A stretch of DNA of 64,000 bases. Source: an uncultured Gammaproteobacteria bacterium. GTDB lineage: Bacteria > Pseudomonadota > Gammaproteobacteria > CAWCPV01. Shown piece after piece: positions 22,351 to 33,122 of this stretch (the first letter of the stretch is position 1; every line of letters starts with the position of its first letter). The notes under the pieces were generated by a model. That model saw only the letters and a program-made list of their open reading frames with translations, searched no databases and was not told the origin of the DNA. The position numbers and the translations under genes are program-made. The stretch lies in contig CAWCPV010000014.1 of NCBI GenBank assembly GCA_963797555.1, positions 469,774 through 533,773 of the forward strand, given 5' to 3'.

Positions 22351-22777
22351 GCCGCTGTATGTGGTGTGTCCGGCCTGTGACGCTATCAACCGCGTTCCGC
22401 CGGAACGGCTGAGTGCCGGCGGTCGCTGCGGCAAGTGCCATGGCCCTCTATTCACGGGGCGACCCCTGCCACTGACGGAGTTGCGCGCCGATCGGCACAT
22501 TGAACGCAGCTCGATCCCGCTGCTGGTGGATTTCTGGGCCGACTGGTGCGCCCCGTGCAAGATCATGGCTCCGATATTCGAGGAGGCGGCCACGATGTTG
22601 GAACCGCATGTGCGTCTAGCCAAGGTCAACACGGAGCATGAGCCGGATCTCGCCAAGCGCTACGCGATTCGCGGCATACCAACGCTCATTCTCTTCAAGC
22701 ACGGCAGGGAGGCTGCTCGGATCGCGGGCGCGCGGGATCTCCAGGCCATCGTGGCTTGGACTCGGCAGCAGCTCTGA
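22343..22777 (+). CDS. trxC: Thioredoxin 2 with N-terminal Zn finger
   Basis: CPAC...CGKC zinc motif; VDFWADWCAPC; IRGIPTL. Confidence 0.92.
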   Translation: MAEPLYVVCPACDAINRVPPERLSAGGRCGKCHGPLFTGRPLPLTELRADRHIERSSIPLLVDFWADWCAPCKIMAPIFEEAATMLEPHVRLAKVNTEHEPDLAKRYAIRGIPTLILFKHGREAARIAGARDLQAIVAWTRQQL

Positions 22778-22895
22778 ATCTCCGCCGTACAGCGCACGGG
22801 CATTTGCACGGCTCGGAGCCTGCCGCACAGCACGGCTATCCAGTGGATGACACGGAGGCCGGAGGGAGCAACGGCTTAATACCGAAAGGAACGTC

Positions 22896-23384
22896 ATGAC
22901 AACAGAACCGTCCGGCGACAACGAAGTCAACGAGCAAACCGGTCCGCGCTTCGGGATTCAGAGGATATATTTGAAAGATCTCTCCTACGAGGCACCCGGG
23001 ACGCCCCAGATCTTCACTCACCAAGTCACACCACAGATCGGCATGCAGATTGAAGCCAAGGCGGCCCCGCTGCAAGACGACTCCTACGAGGTCATACTCG
23101 CCGTCACGATTACCGCCAAACACAACGATAAGACCGCGTTCTTGGTCGAGGTTCAGCAGGCAGGCATCTTCGCCATCCGAGGTTACGACGAACAGCAACT
23201 CGGCGCCCTGCTGAACAGCTATTGCCCCAACATTCTGTTTCCCTTCGTTCGGGAGGTGGTGTCGGATCTGACCACCAAGGGGGGCTTTCCCCCATTGTTG
23301 CTCGCTCCGATCAACTTTGACGCGGTCTACGCGCAACGGCAGCAGAAGGCGGCGGCCGTTCCCTCGGGGACGCCTCGCCACTGA
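22896..23384 (+). CDS. secB: Protein-export chaperone SecB
   Basis: FGIQRIYLKDLSYEAP, AFLVEVQQAGIF, CPNILFPF, GGFPPLLLAPINFD. Confidence 0.97.
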   Translation: MTTEPSGDNEVNEQTGPRFGIQRIYLKDLSYEAPGTPQIFTHQVTPQIGMQIEAKAAPLQDDSYEVILAVTITAKHNDKTAFLVEVQQAGIFAIRGYDEQQLGALLNSYCPNILFPFVREVVSDLTTKGGFPPLLLAPINFDAVYAQRQQKAAAVPSGTPRH

Positions 23385-23387
23385 GAG

Positions 23388-24395
23388 ATGGCGGGGGCGG
23401 AAGCGATCGCGGTACTCGGTGCCGGGTCCTGGGGTACGGCGCTTGGCGTGCTCCTGGCACGCAACGGGCACCGAACACTCTTGTGGGACCGTGATCCCGC
23501 ACACATCGAGCGCCTGAAACGGGCGCGCCGCAACGACGCCTATCTTCCGCAGGTCCAGCTTCCACCCGCCCTGGAGCCGAGCCAGGCACTCGATCACGTG
23601 CTACGCGGGGCGGCGAACGTCTTGATCGTCGTGCCGAGCGCCGCCTTTCGGTCCGTGATAGAACGCGCATCTGCTCTGCTCTCTGCAGACGCCCAGGTGG
23701 CGTGGGCCACCAAGGGTTTGGAGCCCGAAACGGCGCGGCTGTTGCACGAGGTGGCCAGTGACATCCTTCCCCACGGAATGCCGACCGCCGTCCTTTCCGG
23801 TCCCACCTTCGCTCGCGAGGTGGCCATGGGTCTGCCTACCGCGGTGACGGTGGCCTCCGCTGACAGCGCCTTCGCAGCCTGGCTGGCGCGCACCCTGCAC
23901 AGCCAGACCTTCCGCGTCTATACGTCGGACGATGTCATCGGCGTGGAATTGGGCGGCGCAGTGAAGAACGTGCTCGCCATTGCGGCGGGGATCGCCGATG
24001 GGCTGGGATTCGGCGCGAACACGCGCGCCGCACTCATCACCCGGGGCCTCGCGGAAATGATGCGGCTCGGCGTTGCCCTGGGCGGACGCCGTGACACTTT
24101 CATGGGCCTGACGGGGCTGGGAGACCTAGTCCTGACTTGCACCGACGACCTTTCCCGCAACCGGCGCCTCGGTCTCGCCCTGGCTCGTGGCGAGCCGCTG
24201 GAACAGGCGTTGCACCGCATCGGCCAAGTCGTGGAAGGGGTGGGCAGCGCACGCGGGGTAGCGGCACTCGCAGCCCGTTACGGGGTCGAGATGCCGCTCG
24301 CTGCCCAAGTCCGCCGGGTCCTCTATGAGGGCACCTCGCCACGCGAGGCGGTGCACGCACTGCTCAACCGTGAGCAGAAGCCCGAGCGCTCGTGA
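23388..24395 (+). CDS. gpsA: NAD(P)H-dependent glycerol-3-phosphate dehydrogenase
   Basis: GAGSWGTAL, SGPTFAREV, GAVKNV, GDLVLTCTDDLSRNR. Confidence 0.97.
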   Translation: MAGAEAIAVLGAGSWGTALGVLLARNGHRTLLWDRDPAHIERLKRARRNDAYLPQVQLPPALEPSQALDHVLRGAANVLIVVPSAAFRSVIERASALLSADAQVAWATKGLEPETARLLHEVASDILPHGMPTAVLSGPTFAREVAMGLPTAVTVASADSAFAAWLARTLHSQTFRVYTSDDVIGVELGGAVKNVLAIAAGIADGLGFGANTRAALITRGLAEMMRLGVALGGRRDTFMGLTGLGDLVLTCTDDLSRNRRLGLALARGEPLEQALHRIGQVVEGVGSARGVAALAARYGVEMPLAAQVRRVLYEGTSPREAVHALLNREQKPERS

Positions 24396-24399
24396 GCTG

Positions 24400-24725
24400 C
24401 CGCCCGCCCCGGAGAAGCCCTGCTGGCGCGAACGTGACTGCGTTCGCCAAGTTCAAGCCGCGCGGACATGGGCGGTCGCAGCATCTGAGCCGCCACGATG
24501 GCTTGCAGCACCGCAGCGGGGAGTCCCCGGGTCTCCGGCCCGAACAGCAGGGTGTCCCCTGACTCTCAAAGCAACATCGCTGGAGATGCGCGGGCACCGC
24601 GGCGAGAAGCCCAAGACGCGGCCCGGCCCCGCCACAGCGGTGAACTTCCCCGAGGCCCGATAGTGGCTCACCTGTGCCCACTCGCGATAGTCCATCCGCA
24701 CGCGCCGTGGTCGGCGCTCAAACAT
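24400..24725 (-). pseudogene. trmL: Decayed tRNA (cytidine/uridine-2'-O)-methyltransferase TrmL
   Basis: Fragments in three frames: RRVRMDYREWAQV / GDTLLFGPETRGLP / RGLNLANAV. N-terminus missing. Usual trmL position next to gpsA. Confidence 0.7.
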
Positions 24726-24815
24726 CGGCCGTGCATCCGGCCGCCGGGTTGCACACTGTGTGTCGGTCACCGCCCGGTACCCCTGCGGCAGACCGCGCGT
24801 CACCGGCGCCTCCCT

Positions 24816-25727
24816 TTACTGCCCTCCGCGCTTCTTCTTGGCCCTAGGGTGCGCCTGGTCATACACCACAGCCAGGTGCTGGAAGTCCAGGTGCGTGTAT
24901 ATCTGCGTGGTCGATATGTTGGCGTGCCCCAGCAACTCTTGCACTGCCCGCAGGTCGCCGCTGGACTCCAACAGGTGGCTTGCGAAGGAGTGACGCAGTC
25001 GGTGCGGGTGCAGGTTAGTGCCCAGACCCTGCCGGATCGCCCAGCGGCGCAGCCGCAACTGCACCGCCCGCGGGCCGATGCGTCGGCCATTGCGGCTTAG
25101 GAACAGCGCCTGCGTCCCTGCACGGGCCATGTCCGATCGGACCCGAATCCACAGCTCCAGTGCGGCGCGTGCCTTGCGCCCCACCGGGACGAGACGCACC
25201 TTCGCGCCTTTGCCAGTAACCCGCACGGTCCCGTCCGCCAGGTCCAGGTGCGCCAGATCGAGCCGCACCAACTCGGATAGCCGGAGGCCCGAAGAGTAAA
25301 GCAGCTCCATCATGGCATGGTCGCGCCGGTCCAGAGGTTCGCCGGGGTGCAAGTCCAATAGCTGCCCCACTTGGTCTACGTCCAGGGTCGCGGGCAACCG
25401 TCGGGGACTCTTCGGCGCCCTGACCCCCACCGCTGGATTGTCTTCCACCCATCCTTCGCGTAGGAGGTAATGATATAAACCCCGCACCGCGGACAGCACG
25501 CGCTGCAAACTGCGCCCGCTCAGACCGGAGCGGTGCCGGCTAGCAACGTAGGCGCGCAAGTGGTGCAGATCGAGCTGCGCCCATCGCTCGATGCCTTCGC
25601 TCCCGCAGAACCCCAGCAGGTCCTGCAAATCGTGCCGATAAGCTGCCAGGGTGTGCGGAGAGAGTCGGCGCTCGTTCTCCAGATGGCCCAGGTAAGCGCT
25701 CAGCTGAGCTAGCGCGGCGCGCTCCAC
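24816..25727 (-). CDS. xerC: Tyrosine recombinase XerC
   Basis: [51 protein letters not shown]; follows dapF. Confidence 0.95.
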   Translation of the reverse strand: MERAALAQLSAYLGHLENERRLSPHTLAAYRHDLQDLLGFCGSEGIERWAQLDLHHLRAYVASRHRSGLSGRSLQRVLSAVRGLYHYLLREGWVEDNPAVGVRAPKSPRRLPATLDVDQVGQLLDLHPGEPLDRRDHAMMELLYSSGLRLSELVRLDLAHLDLADGTVRVTGKGAKVRLVPVGRKARAALELWIRVRSDMARAGTQALFLSRNGRRIGPRAVQLRLRRWAIRQGLGTNLHPHRLRHSFASHLLESSGDLRAVQELLGHANISTTQIYTHLDFQHLAVVYDQAHPRAKKKRGGQ

Positions 25728-26572
25728 GGCTGCTCCGCAAGATCGATACGTCCGTCAAACACATGGGTGGCAGGACCTGTCATCCACACCGGGGCCTCAC
25801 CGCCCTCCCAACGGAGGCGTAAACGCCCACCGGGGAGATCCACTACGACCTCCTCTGCCAGGAGGCCCTGCCGGCGCCCGACAACGGCTGCGGCACAGGC
25901 GCCCGTGCCACAGGCCAAGGTCTCCCCCACCCCCCGCTCGTAGACGCGCAGCCGGATGTGCGTGCGGTCGACCACCTCCATGAATCCCACGTTCGCTCGC
26001 CGGGGAAACCTCGGGTGACCTTCCAGCCTCGGACCCAGCGTCGGCACGGGCGCCGAGCGGACGTCGGCCACGCGCACCACCGCGTGAGGATTTCCCATCG
26101 ACACGGCGGCGAGGGCCACGACAGTCCCGTCCTCCAGCTCAATGGCGTAGCTCTCGGATTCACGGTCGGCCAGGAACGGGATGTCCTGAGGGGCGAACCG
26201 CGGACTTCCCATATCGACCTTCACCTGGCCGTCTTCGTGAAGCTGCAGCCGGATGATGCCCGCGGCGGTCTCGACAGGAATGACCTCCTTGCCGGTCAGT
26301 CGGCGCTGCCGCACGAAACGGGCGACGCAGCGGGCGCCGTTACCGCACTGCTCTACCTCGCCACCGTCGGCGTTATAGATGCGGTAACGGAAATCGGCGT
26401 CGGGCACGGTCGGGGGCTCCACCACGAGCACTTGGTCGCATCCGATACCGCAGCGTCGGTCGGCCACGAGACGCACCTGTTCAGGGCTCAGCACGACCGA
26501 CTCGGAGACGCCGTCGAACACGACGAAGTCGTTCCCCAAGCCGTGCATCTTCGAGAAATGAAGGATCGGCAT
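25709..26572 (-). CDS. dapF: Diaminopimelate epimerase
   Basis: [39 protein letters not shown]. Confidence 0.97.
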   Translation of the reverse strand: MPILHFSKMHGLGNDFVVFDGVSESVVLSPEQVRLVADRRCGIGCDQVLVVEPPTVPDADFRYRIYNADGGEVEQCGNGARCVARFVRQRRLTGKEVIPVETAAGIIRLQLHEDGQVKVDMGSPRFAPQDIPFLADRESESYAIELEDGTVVALAAVSMGNPHAVVRVADVRSAPVPTLGPRLEGHPRFPRRANVGFMEVVDRTHIRLRVYERGVGETLACGTGACAAAVVGRRQGLLAEEVVVDLPGGRLRLRWEGGEAPVWMTGPATHVFDGRIDLAEQPWSAPR

Positions 26573-27234
26573 CAGCCCCTCCCGGTCACCGCCACGTGCC
26601 GGTCGCTCACCTGCCGGACCGAGAAGCCGGCCAGCCTCGCCCGGCCGAGCTGCCGCTCGATCTCCGCGGGGGTGTATGCGGCGCACAGGGAGTTGAAGAA
26701 ATCCCGCTTCAGAACTTGGGGCTCTTCCGCGCTGTAGGTCTGCACCAACTGCCATGCGCGTTGCCGCGTCTCGGGGCGGGTCAGGTCCATGACGAACACC
26801 GGCGCGCCCGACGCCGCGCGCTGCCGAACAGTGTCCCACAGCGCCCGTGGATCGCGCAGATGGTGCAGCAGGCTGTTGCTTATGACGCACTGATACTGCG
26901 GCCGCGGCAGGGTGGCTCCAGGCAGGTAGCCATGGAGCAGAAGGATCCGCGCCTCCAGCCCGTGCCTTGCGACGACCCGCCGACCGTACTTGAGCATGTT
27001 GGGGGCAGCGTCCACCCCATGAACGATGGCACGCGGATGTGCGCGCGCGAAACGTACGGTGATGTCGGCAGGCCCGCACCCGAGGTCCAGCACGTAGCCG
27101 CAGATGTCTTGGCCGGAGAATTGTGCCTGGAACAGGCCAAGGAAGCGGCTGTGGGGCTCCTCGAAGTCCGCCTCCGCGTACGCCCGGACCTGGGCATCGT
27201 CGTCCATCAACTCCGGTTCCGGGACGCGCCGCAT
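26572..27234 (-). CDS. Class I SAM-dependent methyltransferase
   Basis: [40 protein letters not shown]; stop overlaps the dapF start. Confidence 0.88.
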   Translation of the reverse strand: MRRVPEPELMDDDAQVRAYAEADFEEPHSRFLGLFQAQFSGQDICGYVLDLGCGPADITVRFARAHPRAIVHGVDAAPNMLKYGRRVVARHGLEARILLLHGYLPGATLPRPQYQCVISNSLLHHLRDPRALWDTVRQRAASGAPVFVMDLTRPETRQRAWQLVQTYSAEEPQVLKRDFFNSLCAAYTPAEIERQLGRARLAGFSVRQVSDRHVAVTGRG

Positions 27235-27278
27235 CCAGGACGTTGCCGGCCCCGACCGCTCGCATGCGCGTTTCACGC

Positions 27279-28526
27279 TCAAGGTAGGAAATCTTCCTGG
27301 CTCCACAGGGACTCGAGCGCCTCGCGCCTGCGCACGACGTGAAACCGCGCGCCGTCCACCATGACCTCCGCCGCGCGGGGTCGCGTGTTGTAGTTGGAGC
27401 TCATCACGAAACCGTACGCGCCTGCGGAGCACACGGCCAGCAGATCGCCCGGTCGCAGACGCAGACTGCGTTCCTTGCCCAGGAAGTCGCCGGTCTCGCA
27501 GACTGGACCTACCACATCATAGACCCGGGCCTCGATGCGCGGGTCGCGCTCCACCTCGAGAATCTCTTGCCAGGCGCCGTACAGAGCCGGCCGCAACAGG
27601 TCGCTCATAGCGGCATCCACGATCGCGAAGTTCCGGTGGGCACCCGGCTTCAGGTACTCCACACGAGTCAGCAGAGCCCCGGCCTCCCCCACGATGGCTC
27701 GCCCCGGCTCCACCAGGACGGCGTACGGCCGATGCCCGAGAGTCCGTAAGAGGCTCTCGACGTACTCACGCGGGGTGGGTGGCGTCTCATCGCGGTAACG
27801 GATCCCCAGCCCCCCACCGACATCGACGTGCTTCAACGGCACGCCCATCGCCTCCAGCTTCGCGGCAAGCGCCAGGACGCGCTCCAGCGCCGCGGCGAAC
27901 GGCTTGACCTCGGTGAGCTGGGATCCGATGTGGCAGTCGATGCCTCTGACCTCGATGTTGGGTAGGCTGGCGGCACGAGCGTAGACCTGTGGTGCCTCCT
28001 CGATTGCAATTCCGAACTTGGTCTTCCTCAGACCGGTGGCGATATACGGGTGAGTCCCGGCATCCACGTCGGGGTTTACCCGTAACGCGACCGCCGCCCG
28101 CTTCCCCAAGGCCGCAGCGACCGCATCCAATAGTTCCAGCTCCGCCGCGGACTCGACGTTGAAGCAGTGGATGTCCAGCTCCAGAGCACGGTGCAGCTCG
28201 TCGGGGCGCTTCCCGACGCCGGAGAACACAATATTGTCGGGCTGACCCCCAGCGCACAGCACTCGTTCCAGCTCGCCTCCCGAGACCACGTCGAACCCCG
28301 AGCCCAAGCGCGCCAGCAGCCGCAACACCGCTAGATTGGAGTTGGCCTTGACCGCGTAGCAGACGCGGTGGGGATGTGACCCGAACGCGTCGTCGAACTC
28401 CTTCCAGCGCTCCTCGATAGCCGCGCGCGAGTATACGTAGCCAGGTGTGCCGACCTGGCGAGCGATGTCGGTCAGGGGGACCGACTCTACGTGGAGCCGG
28501 CCTTGAACGTAATGAAACGGCGACAT
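27279..28526 (-). CDS. lysA: Diaminopimelate decarboxylase
   Basis: [41 protein letters not shown]. Confidence 0.97.
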   Translation of the reverse strand: MSPFHYVQGRLHVESVPLTDIARQVGTPGYVYSRAAIEERWKEFDDAFGSHPHRVCYAVKANSNLAVLRLLARLGSGFDVVSGGELERVLCAGGQPDNIVFSGVGKRPDELHRALELDIHCFNVESAAELELLDAVAAALGKRAAVALRVNPDVDAGTHPYIATGLRKTKFGIAIEEAPQVYARAASLPNIEVRGIDCHIGSQLTEVKPFAAALERVLALAAKLEAMGVPLKHVDVGGGLGIRYRDETPPTPREYVESLLRTLGHRPYAVLVEPGRAIVGEAGALLTRVEYLKPGAHRNFAIVDAAMSDLLRPALYGAWQEILEVERDPRIEARVYDVVGPVCETGDFLGKERSLRLRPGDLLAVCSAGAYGFVMSSNYNTRPRAAEVMVDGARFHVVRRREALESLWSQEDFLP

Positions 28527-28537
28527 CCAGGCGCAGA

Positions 28538-28651
28538 TCAGGGCCGGGCAACGGAAGGTTTAGCCTCGGGGAGGTACAAATCCCCCTTCTGCCCGCACCC
28601 CGAAAGTTGGATGCCGGCGAGGATGAGGCACAGCAGGCACAGGTTCCTCAA
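28538..28651 (-). CDS. lptM: Small lipoprotein LptM/YifL-like
   Basis: Hydrophobic leader, lipobox LSGC, then GQKGDLYLP; upstream of lysA; TTG start uncertain. Confidence 0.78.
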   Translation of the reverse strand: MRNLCLLCLILAGIQLSGCGQKGDLYLPEAKPSVARP

Positions 28652-28986
28652 CAGGGAGCCAGAACGCCGGGAGAAGGCCCCTAGGCTGCTGGGGGGCCGC
28701 AATGCCGTTGTGGATCCGCGAGTGCGGACGGGCGGGTGGTGCATCCGTTCAAGGTCGTCGAAGCGGCGGTGTCGGGGGTTTGCCCGAAAGGCTCCGGAGC
28801 CCCGCACTCCGTCGGCGGGAGCGCGCGCCCCGTGAGATTGCCACAGGCGCGAAGTCCGGGTGCTCGGGGCGCGGCACCCCCGCCACGGAAGGGCACCTGA
28901 GCCATGACGTGCACGGCGGCAGCAATGAATGGGCGGAGAAGCTATCGAGCCACGGGCCACGCCGCTGCCGATACCTCCCCGGCAGC

Positions 28987-29199
28987 TTATGGGGCGGCCT
29001 TCACGTTCACCGACGTGGCATGCAAACCCTTGGGCCCGCGTGTTGCGTCGAATTCCACGAGCTGCCCCTCGGCCAGCGTCTTGAAACCATCCCCGGCAAT
29101 GGCTGAATAGTGGACGAAGACGTCCTCGGTGCCATCCTGAGGCGAGATGAATCCGAATCCTTTGGCCTCGTTGAACCACTTTACCGTACCAACGCGCAT
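28987..29199 (-). CDS. Cold-shock domain protein (CspD-like)
   Basis: [31 protein letters not shown]. Confidence 0.93.
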   Translation of the reverse strand: MRVGTVKWFNEAKGFGFISPQDGTEDVFVHYSAIAGDGFKTLAEGQLVEFDATRGPKGLHATSVNVKAAP

Positions 29200-29458
29200 T
29201 AGCTACAACCCCTCCACGAACGCGATCCAAGACCGCCGGCGGCAAACGCCCGATCGCCCCACTCCCCGGAGCTGGCGAGAGCCGCGGCAGGACTGCCTTT
29301 CCGACCAGCAGCCAGCGGCTGCTCGCGCAAGTATAGTGCATCCGCCCTCCAAGTCCAGACCCGGCCCATGGTGGGCGTGCACCACCGCGCCTTACGCCTT
29401 TTTCGCCGCGGGCGTGGTGTACAATCGTCCTGTCAAAACGAGATCTGATGTTTTACTT

Positions 29459-30118
29459 ATGGCCTCCCTGCGCACTGTCGAGGTCGAGCCCAGCGGCTCA
29501 TCGACGGCCACCGTTGTTTGGCTGCACGGTCTGGGCGCCGACGGCCACGACTTCGAGCCCATCGTCCCCCAGCTCCGGCTGAGCGGGGTGCGCTTCGTAT
29601 TCCCCCACGCCCCTTACCGCCCCGTCACCATCAACCAAGGCTATGTCATGCGCGCGTGGTACGACATCCTCGCCCCAGATCTGAGCCGGGGGGAGGATGA
29701 AAACGGTATCCGCGCATCTCAGAGCGCCTTGGAGGAGCTGATAGAGCGGGAGGTCTCCCGGGGCATCGGCCCATCCCGCATCGTGTTGGCCGGCTTCTCT
29801 CAGGGAGGGGCCGTCTCCCTGCACACGGGCTTGCGGCACCCGAAGCCACTTGCCGGCATCCTCGCCCTGTCGACCTACCTGCCCCTGGCGGCACAGTTGG
29901 CGACAGAGGCACATCCCGCCAACGCCGAGACCCCCATTTTCATGGCCCACGGAACGACCGACAACATTGTGCCGATTACCCTCGGGCAGCGCTCGCGGGA
30001 GGTGCTGGAGGGCGCTGGCTACCGCGTGGATTGGTATACCTACCCCACGGGCCATACCATCTGTGCCGAGGAGATCCACGCGGTCTCGGCGTGGCTGAAG
30101 CGCGCATTCCACGAGTGA
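29459..30118 (+). CDS. Phospholipase/carboxylesterase (alpha/beta hydrolase)
   Basis: WLHGLGADGHDF, MRAWYDI, GFSQGG nucleophile, HGTTD, GH. Confidence 0.93.
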   Translation: MASLRTVEVEPSGSSTATVVWLHGLGADGHDFEPIVPQLRLSGVRFVFPHAPYRPVTINQGYVMRAWYDILAPDLSRGEDENGIRASQSALEELIEREVSRGIGPSRIVLAGFSQGGAVSLHTGLRHPKPLAGILALSTYLPLAAQLATEAHPANAETPIFMAHGTTDNIVPITLGQRSREVLEGAGYRVDWYTYPTGHTICAEEIHAVSAWLKRAFHE

Positions 30119-30119
30119 A

Positions 30120-30337
30120 GAGCTTGTCGATAAATTCCGCTGCGCTTCCCGATAGCACCGTTGCGCGGTGCTCATGGCGTACCTCCCTGTACGCCACCCC
30201 TTTTGGGGCGGCCTGCGGACGTGCCGAATGGCCATCCTGCCATTCGGTCGCTCTTCGCCTACCTACGGAACATGTCTCGTCGCTGCGTCGCCTGCGCCTT
30301 GCTCTCGAGCCGTTCGCGACGTTCTCTTCCCAAGCTC
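30120..30337 (-). repeat. MITE-like element, long copy (inverted)
   Basis: Reverse complement of the 39268 copy; internal hairpins TGGCGTACCTCCCTGTACGCCA and CCGAATGGCCATCCTGCCATTCGG. Confidence 0.8.
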
Positions 30338-30384
30338 TGAATGGGACTGGGGGCCGGGCGCAGCCAGCCACCGAGGCCAAGAGG

Positions 30385-31359
30385 TCACACTCGGGAAAAG
30401 TGGTCGTAACCTCCGACGGACGGGGTGATTTCGGTCCCGTCGTCCAGAACGCAACGCAGTCCCGGCTGTCGCTCTACCCAGCCGATCCAGGTGCAACCGA
30501 CATCGAAGCTGGCAAATGCTCGGTCGAGCTCGCCCTGGCGCCGCTCTGGCACGGTGAAGCAGAGCTCGTAATCATCGCCGGCCGATAACGGCAGGCTCCA
30601 GCCACCGGCGGCGTGGAAGAGGGTCCGAAAGACAGGCGAAAGCGGCAGCCGCTCCACTTGAAGTGTAGCCCCCACCCCACTCGCATCCAGGATGTGGCCC
30701 AAATCGGCGCCCAAGCCGTCGGAGACATCGATGGCAGCGCTCGCCAGACCCCGCAGGGCGAGGCCGTGCTCCACACGGGGCTGCGGTCGGTTGAGGCGGC
30801 CGAGCACATAGTCGCGGTCGCGGGCCGGCAAACGCACTTCGTCTTGGAGCGCCAGCAGAGCCAGCCCTGCGTCCCCCAGGCAGCCGGTCACGTAGATCAG
30901 ATCGCCGGGACCGGCACCGGCACGGCGGATTGCGGAGCCGCGCGGCACGAAGCCGTGGACTTGCACCGTGATGGTCAGGGGGCCACGCGTGGTGTCCCCG
31001 CCCACGAGACTGACACCGTGGAGGCGAGCCAGGCTAGCCACTCCCCTCCCGAACCCTTCCAGCCACGGCTCGTCGGCCCGCGGAAGGGTCAACGCCAAGG
31101 TGGCCCACGCAGGCGCCCCCCCCATAGCGGCCAGATCGCTGAGATTGACGGCCAGCGCCTTGTGCCCCAAGGACTCGGGATCGGTCCCGGCGGTGAAATG
31201 GACGCCCTGCACCAGGGTGTCCACCGCCACGGCGAGGTCCACACCCTCTGGAACCCGCAGCAGGGCGGCGTCATCTCCCACGCCCAGGATGACATCGGCG
31301 CGAACGGCTCCCAGGCCGGAGAAATATCGCTCGATGAGCCTGAACTCGGAGACGGACAA
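30385..31359 (-). CDS. thiL: Thiamine-monophosphate kinase
   Basis: EFRLIERYF, GVGDDAA, NLSDLAAMG, GGDTT, IDVSDGL, GDDYELCF. Confidence 0.97.
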   Translation of the reverse strand: MSVSEFRLIERYFSGLGAVRADVILGVGDDAALLRVPEGVDLAVAVDTLVQGVHFTAGTDPESLGHKALAVNLSDLAAMGGAPAWATLALTLPRADEPWLEGFGRGVASLARLHGVSLVGGDTTRGPLTITVQVHGFVPRGSAIRRAGAGPGDLIYVTGCLGDAGLALLALQDEVRLPARDRDYVLGRLNRPQPRVEHGLALRGLASAAIDVSDGLGADLGHILDASGVGATLQVERLPLSPVFRTLFHAAGGWSLPLSAGDDYELCFTVPERRQGELDRAFASFDVGCTWIGWVERQPGLRCVLDDGTEITPSVGGYDHFSRV

Positions 31360-31790
31360 AACCTCTCCCCGGACAGCAAGGACCGCTCGAAATCATCAGG
31401 ATTGACACATTGTAGACCAGCCAGCCCCGGGGAATCCCTGCGGCGCCTCCCGAAAAATCGTCCGTAAAGCACCCGCCGCAGGGCACGAGCGCGGAAGATT
31501 CGGGGTGCTTGGGCCGACATCTGAACCCGTCGCCAGCACGTGGGCTGCCTTCGGGCGGCCTCCGATGCCCGATCATTTTTCAGAAGATACGGGTTTACTA
31601 ATATTCGTTCGGCACGATGGCCTTTCACAGGGTGGCATCAGACCCGTCAAGTTTGTGCCCACCAGACCGAAATGCCGCGAAAGGCCGCAGGCTGCAACAC
31701 CTTGGTATTCAAGTCGCTACATCCGCCTGCATCGCCACCCGCCACTCCTGATGCCCGGTCTTATTTCAAGCACATTCACCCGGCGACTTC

Positions 31791-31820
31791 TTGACATTCA
31801 CCCTGACCAAATATTAAGTT
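31791..31820 (+). promoter_or_regulatory. Sigma70-like promoter candidate for the sox operon
   Basis: TTGACA at 31791 followed by AT-rich AATATTAAGTT at -10 distance. Confidence 0.4.
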
Positions 31821-31868
31821 TCCCGAACCGTCCAGCCCGTGAGCACACGAATGCACAGGAGGAAAGGA

Positions 31869-32249
31869 ATGCTTACCCCTCTGCGTGTCTTGATATCCGC
31901 AGCAGGCATGGTCGTCCTGATGGGTGCCATGGTGGCGGTTCCGCTGAAGACGCCGGCAGCCGAGACGCCGACTCCCTCGTTGGCGCAGGAGGGGAAGCAG
32001 ATCGCCTTCGAGCGCAGCAAGGGTAACTGCCTGGCATGTCACGCGATCGCGGGCGGCGACTCACCCGGCGACATCGGTCCGCCACTGGTCGCCATGAAGG
32101 CACGGTATCCGGACAAGGCAAAGCTCCGGGCGCAGATTTATGATGCGACCGTCGCCAACCCCCATACCGTGATGCCGCCATATGGGCGCAATCGGATCCT
32201 CACGGAGGACGAGATCGACAAGGTCGTCGACTTCATCTACACCCTCTAA
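31869..32249 (+). CDS. soxX: Sulfur oxidation c-type cytochrome SoxX
   Basis: Signal peptide, KGNCLACH, GDIGPPL, MPPYG...ILT. Confidence 0.93.
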   Translation: MLTPLRVLISAAGMVVLMGAMVAVPLKTPAAETPTPSLAQEGKQIAFERSKGNCLACHAIAGGDSPGDIGPPLVAMKARYPDKAKLRAQIYDATVANPHTVMPPYGRNRILTEDEIDKVVDFIYTL

Positions 32250-32288
32250 CGCCCCCATCCTCATCTAACTGCAGCAAGGAGCAGCCCT

Positions 32289-32762
32289 ATGAACCTGACG
32301 CGCAGAACCATCCTGAAAGGTACCCTGGCAGGCACTCTGGTGGGGGTGGCGGCTGGCGCCGGCCTGCTGAAGCCCCGCATGGCGCTCGCGGCAACGTGGC
32401 CCAAGGCCGCATTCGAATCCAAGGATGTCGCCGGTGCCCTCAAGGCTCTGTACGGGACGGACTCGCACTCCCCCAGCACCGACATCACCATCAAGGCACC
32501 GTCCATCGCGGAGAATGGTGCCGTGGTGCCGATCACTGTATCCACCAACCTGAAAGACGTGGACTCGATCGCCATCATCGCGTCCGGGAACCCCTTTCCC
32601 CTCACGTCGACCTACGACCTGGCCAAGGATACGGAGGGCTATGTGGCTACCCGAATCAAGATGGGGAAGACCGCCGACGTCCTCGCCGTGGTGAGGTCGG
32701 GCGGCAAACTGTACAGCGCCAGCCAGCAGGTCAAGGTTACCATCGGCGGCTGCGGCGGCTGA
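32289..32762 (+). CDS. soxY: Sulfur carrier SoxY
   Basis: Tat signal TRRTILK, IAENGAVVP, C-terminal VKVTIGGCGG. Confidence 0.97.
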   Translation: MNLTRRTILKGTLAGTLVGVAAGAGLLKPRMALAATWPKAAFESKDVAGALKALYGTDSHSPSTDITIKAPSIAENGAVVPITVSTNLKDVDSIAIIASGNPFPLTSTYDLAKDTEGYVATRIKMGKTADVLAVVRSGGKLYSASQQVKVTIGGCGG

Positions 32763-32794
32763 GCAACTCTCGGGGCTACGCAAAGGAGAAGGCA

Positions 32795-33109
32795 ATGGCA
32801 AACACCATCAAGATCCGGGCAAAGGTCGAAAGCGGAGTGACGGAGGTGAAGATGCTCATCAGCCACCCGATGGAGACGGGTTCTCGCAAGGACAGCAAGA
32901 CCGGTGAGCTGGTCCCAGCCCACTACATCCAGGAGGTGACGTGCGAACACAACGGCAACAACGTGCTCACCGCCCTCTGGGACGGTGGCGTCTCGAAGAA
33001 CCCGTACTTGGCCTTCAAATTCAAGGGTGGACAGCCAGGCGACACCGTCAAGATCCACTGGGTGGACAACAAGGGTGAGAGCGACACCGCCGAGGAGAAG
33101 ATCAGCTAG
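32795..33109 (+). CDS. soxZ: SoxZ
   Basis: HPMETGSRKD, PAHYI, VSKNPY, WVDNKG. Confidence 0.96.
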   Translation: MANTIKIRAKVESGVTEVKMLISHPMETGSRKDSKTGELVPAHYIQEVTCEHNGNNVLTALWDGGVSKNPYLAFKFKGGQPGDTVKIHWVDNKGESDTAEEKIS

Positions 33110-33122
33110 CCGGAGGAGGCGC

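Noticed and set aside
22896-23384. secB as the chaperone of a TAC system
   Set aside because: Canonical secB in the grxC-secB-gpsA locus, unlinked to the TA genes.
24816-25727. xerC as the integrase of the tRNA-Pro island
   Set aside because: Housekeeping XerC in its dapF operon, 15 kb away.
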